This document shows, one piece after another, positions 61,607-64,000 of a stretch of 64,000 bases of DNA. Under the pieces are notes generated by a model. That model had not been told where the DNA came from. It was given only the letters and a program-made list of their open reading frames with translations, and searched no databases. The position numbers and the translations under genes were made by a program. Source of the stretch: Patescibacteria group bacterium (GTDB taxonomy: Bacteria; Patescibacteriota; Patescibacteriia; 2-12-FULL-60-25); assembly GCA_041661105.1 (NCBI GenBank), contig JBAZVB010000002.1, positions 299,865-363,864 on the forward strand, in the 5' to 3' direction. Position 1 is the stretch's first letter, and each line of letters starts with the position of its first letter.

Positions 61607-62867
61607 ATTCGACGGTTTCCGTTGTTTCGACTGTCGTCTCTGTTTGCCGCCAGCTGACGGCGCGGCGCAGGGGATCGACTTCACGGTTGATTTGGCGCGC
61701 GTTGGCCAGAGTGATGATGAGTGAGACTAAGGGCACGGTTAGAATCAAGCTGATCAAACCCGTGATAGGTAACGCTATGGCCTGGGTCACGGCCTCGGTG
61801 TTAATAAATTTTAACCAAGGATAGTCGGCGGATGTTCCTTGGGCCAGTAAGATAATGGGTATGCCAAGGAAGGCCAGACTGAGAATGGGCGTCAGATTGA
61901 CCAGTCTTTCCCGCCCGATGACCATCCCGGATTGAAACAACGCCTTAAAGCTAAGCCCGCCGGTGATTCTTTTTATTTCCGATAAACCATACGAAATAGC
62001 CACGGCCATGTCTTGCTGAAAACAAAGTATGACTAACCAAGATCCGAAAATCATCAGATCTTTGGGATCAAGCAGGGGATTGTTACCGAGGGATAGTTCG
62101 ATCGCTCCGCCTAAGTGGGCCCAAGAAAAAGTAATCAGCATTAGGATGTATGACAGCAAGCCGCTGGCTAAAGTCCCAACCAAAGAGATAAGTGATTGTC
62201 GGCCCTTGCCCGCTAAAAGTAGGGTTGAGGCACCGGAAAAAAGAACCAGCAGGATCAAAGCGGTTACCCAGCCGGGCCAATCCAGGACATAAAACGGTAT
62301 AGCGACTTTAAAACAAAGGACGAAAGCTAAAAGATAAATGAGGGGAATTTTTAAACTCTTCCAGCCCGCAAAGAATAAGCCGCAGACAACAAGTATTGCG
62401 ATAAGCCAGAAAAAAGTATTTTGCCGATCATAACTTTCGAAAAATACGATAGGCACCGCTTGGTTAATATCCGGTTGCACGTAGACGACCACCATGTCGC
62501 CGACTTCCGGTTTGAAGCCAACTGGAAGTGAGCTTGGCGTAACCGTAATTTTCTGGGTTGTGCCTTGCAGGTGCCCAGTTCTAAATTCCAGAACGTAAGA
62601 AAAAACCAGCTCCGCTCCTTTGGAGCTTGTGATCGTTTGTTGCGAGGCTTCTTTGATCAGAGCTCGTTCGTAAGTTCCGTATTGCGAGCGTTGAGCATTT
62701 TGGACCGAGAGGCCAGTCAAGGCGGTGGTTGGAGTTGGCAGGGTCTGATTTGTTGAGGTCGTCGTGGTTGTAGCTTGTTGGGCGCTGGCCGTGGCCAAAG
62801 GCAGCCAAAGCAAGGCGCTGATTCCGGCCATCAATAGCACAAGCCGTTTCTTTTTTAACCCACTCAT
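61605..62867 (-). CDS. YibE/F-like multi-pass membrane protein
   Basis: Signal/anchor, Thr-rich linker, an extracytoplasmic domain, then about 7-8 TM segments. Confidence 0.4.
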   Translation of the reverse strand: MSGLKKKRLVLLMAGISALLWLPLATASAQQATTTTTSTNQTLPTPTTALTGLSVQNAQRSQYGTYERALIKEASQQTITSSKGAELVFSYVLEFRTGHLQGTTQKITVTPSSLPVGFKPEVGDMVVVYVQPDINQAVPIVFFESYDRQNTFFWLIAILVVCGLFFAGWKSLKIPLIYLLAFVLCFKVAIPFYVLDWPGWVTALILLVLFSGASTLLLAGKGRQSLISLVGTLASGLLSYILMLITFSWAHLGGAIELSLGNNPLLDPKDLMIFGSWLVILCFQQDMAVAISYGLSEIKRITGGLSFKALFQSGMVIGRERLVNLTPILSLAFLGIPIILLAQGTSADYPWLKFINTEAVTQAIALPITGLISLILTVPLVSLIITLANARQINREVDPLRRAVSWRQTETTVETTETVE

Positions 62868-63017
62868 AGTTCAATGCTATCGTGTGCTCCATAATCTTGC
62901 CAGGGGATAGGGCTTCTGATATTATCCCACCCGTTACGCGCATCGTGTAACGTGTAACGTTTGAAGGGTGTCGGTTCGGCGTTTCGCGATACACGTTTCG
63001 CGTTTTGCATAGTTAGA

Positions 63018-63093
<76 letters not shown>

Positions 63094-63096
63094 TTC

Positions 63097-63120
63097 AAAA
63101 AGACCCTTTTGGGTCTTTTT
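63097..63120 (+). terminator. Intrinsic terminator after tRNA-Pro
   Basis: aaaaagaccc-tttt-gggtcttttt. Confidence 0.8.
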
Positions 63121-63173
63121 GCGTTTTATAATTATTTGCCTTATTCTAAGCCAAATTCTGGCGGTATCAGACG

Positions 63174-63232
63174 GTTGACAAAATGGCGATTTTGTGCTAT
63201 ATTACTTTGTTCTTTAAAGTCCAAAATCGTGC
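63174..63232 (+). promoter_or_regulatory. Promoter plus conserved 5' leader module, copy B
   Basis: TTGACA (63174-79), 17 nt, TGc TATATT (63197-202), then ttctttaaagtccaaaatcgtg. Followed by the hairpin cctgaggctagatttagcga...tcgctaggttcagcctcggg. Confidence 0.65.
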
Positions 63233-63320
63233 TTCCTGAGGCTAGATTTAGCGATTTTTAAAAGTCGCTAGGTTCAGCCTCGGGAAACGCTACTCATGAC
63301 AACCAACCGGGAGAGATATC

Positions 63321-63527
63321 ATGCGAGTCAAGTATGTTACGTTCAGCATCGACGAAGGCAAGCGGCACGGGGAGAAGGCTCCAAAACAGCTCGGCATCAA
63401 TAAGGGCTACGAACACGTCAACGTCGTCTGTGAGGAGCTCGAGAAGGCGGGGAAAAAGATAGTGCGCATCTCGCCTCCGATCCCACAGTTTGGTCGTGAA
63501 GCGCTCGTCTCCATCGAGTATGAGTGA
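63321..63527 (+). CDS. GC-rich 68-aa hypothetical protein
   Basis: GGGAGAG RBS. MRVKYVTFSIDEGKRHGEKAPKQLG... Several frames are open in GC-rich DNA, so the frame is uncertain. Confidence 0.4.
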   Translation: MRVKYVTFSIDEGKRHGEKAPKQLGINKGYEHVNVVCEELEKAGKKIVRISPPIPQFGREALVSIEYE

Positions 63528-63740
63528 GCAAGCTCCTGGCGGCCTGAGACCATCTCCACCACCCGGCTTCCAACACCTCGCTCTTTCCCACTGAGTCCCA
63601 TCCCGGGACACCTCAGCCTATCGGTTCTCGGTAGGCTTCCGTTCTCAAGTGATCACGCTGTGGTCAGGTGAGAAGGGAATGAACTGGTTCGCACATTCCG
63701 CGCGGCTCGGAAAGCCGTATGCATCTTACAGGAGGACGGC

Positions 63741-64000
63741 ATGTCAAACGTGCGTCGATTCAAACTCTCGAAGTCTGCAGGAATGGTTCCGATCATCCAC
63801 TTCATCGAACGAGAAGGGAAGCGCGTCTATCGAATCTGGAGCCATCACTGTGAGTCGTACCTCACCAATGAGATGTCTCTGGATGAGGTCAGAAGCTGGC
63901 AGCTCCAGCAGGATCTCGTCGAGGCGACATCCAAAATATACCATCCAGACCCCGACTTCCTGGACATGGGCGCCAACGGGTGGTGGAGCGACGAAGCCAA
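63741..64000 (+). CDS. GC-rich hypothetical protein, 3' end beyond the window
   Basis: AGGAGGA RBS 4 nt before the ATG. MSNVRRFKLSKSAGMVPIIHFIEREGKRVYRIW... An alternative frame from 63679 is also open. Confidence 0.35.
   Translation, partial: MSNVRRFKLSKSAGMVPIIHFIEREGKRVYRIWSHHCESYLTNEMSLDEVRSWQLQQDLVEATSKIYHPDPDFLDMGANGWWSDEA

Noticed and set aside
63679-64000. Alternative open frame starting MNWFAHSARLGKPY....
   Set aside because: It has no RBS. The frame starting at 63741 has AGGAGGA at correct spacing. Both frames are open, as expected in GC-rich DNA, so the choice has low confidence.

Overview
The window reads like a small-genome, Patescibacteria/CPR-style bacterium. That assignment is an inference from gene content and style, not verified. 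GC figures below are hand counts on sample lines. The backbone is about 45-52 % GC and carries clpC, lemA, a PMM/PGM mutase, murI, rseP, pheS, pheT, dnaE, thrS, infC-rpmI-rplT, ssrA-smpB, an AI-2E permease, holB, frr, glyQS, an M16 peptidase, tpiA, gdh, rpmG, an HD hydrolase, a RecB-like nuclease and four tRNAs that encode CCA. I saw no rRNA, CRISPR array, integrase or transposase. Main observations: (1) A roughly 60-65 % GC three-gene cassette of secreted proteins lies at 42.2-47.3 kb. A second GC-rich segment starts just after tRNA-Pro at 63.2 kb. Both begin with the same ~70-nt promoter-plus-leader module. (2) A ~30 % GC array of five small multi-pass membrane proteins splits the normally adjacent pheS and pheT. 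It is punctuated by two remnants of the pheT 5' end. (3) A lower-GC radical-SAM/SPASM gene plus a 460-aa unknown lie next to tRNA-Tyr, bracketed by an 11-nt direct repeat. (4) Almost every intergenic spacer holds a hairpin built from short tandem 'words'. One subfamily has four copies with variable arms around a conserved core that shows a compensatory change. A two-hairpin element (gtcatcctgaac...) brackets holB. The same words and elements also sit in frame inside pheT, dnaE and the M16 peptidase. (5) A candidate T-box with a very short specifier hairpin lies upstream of thrS. Its ACC codon and UGGA bulge match the tRNA-Thr(GGU, U73) encoded in this window. (6) A leftmost cluster of Cys-rich pilin-like envelope proteins. 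Domain calls come from motifs I recognise by eye. No searches were run.
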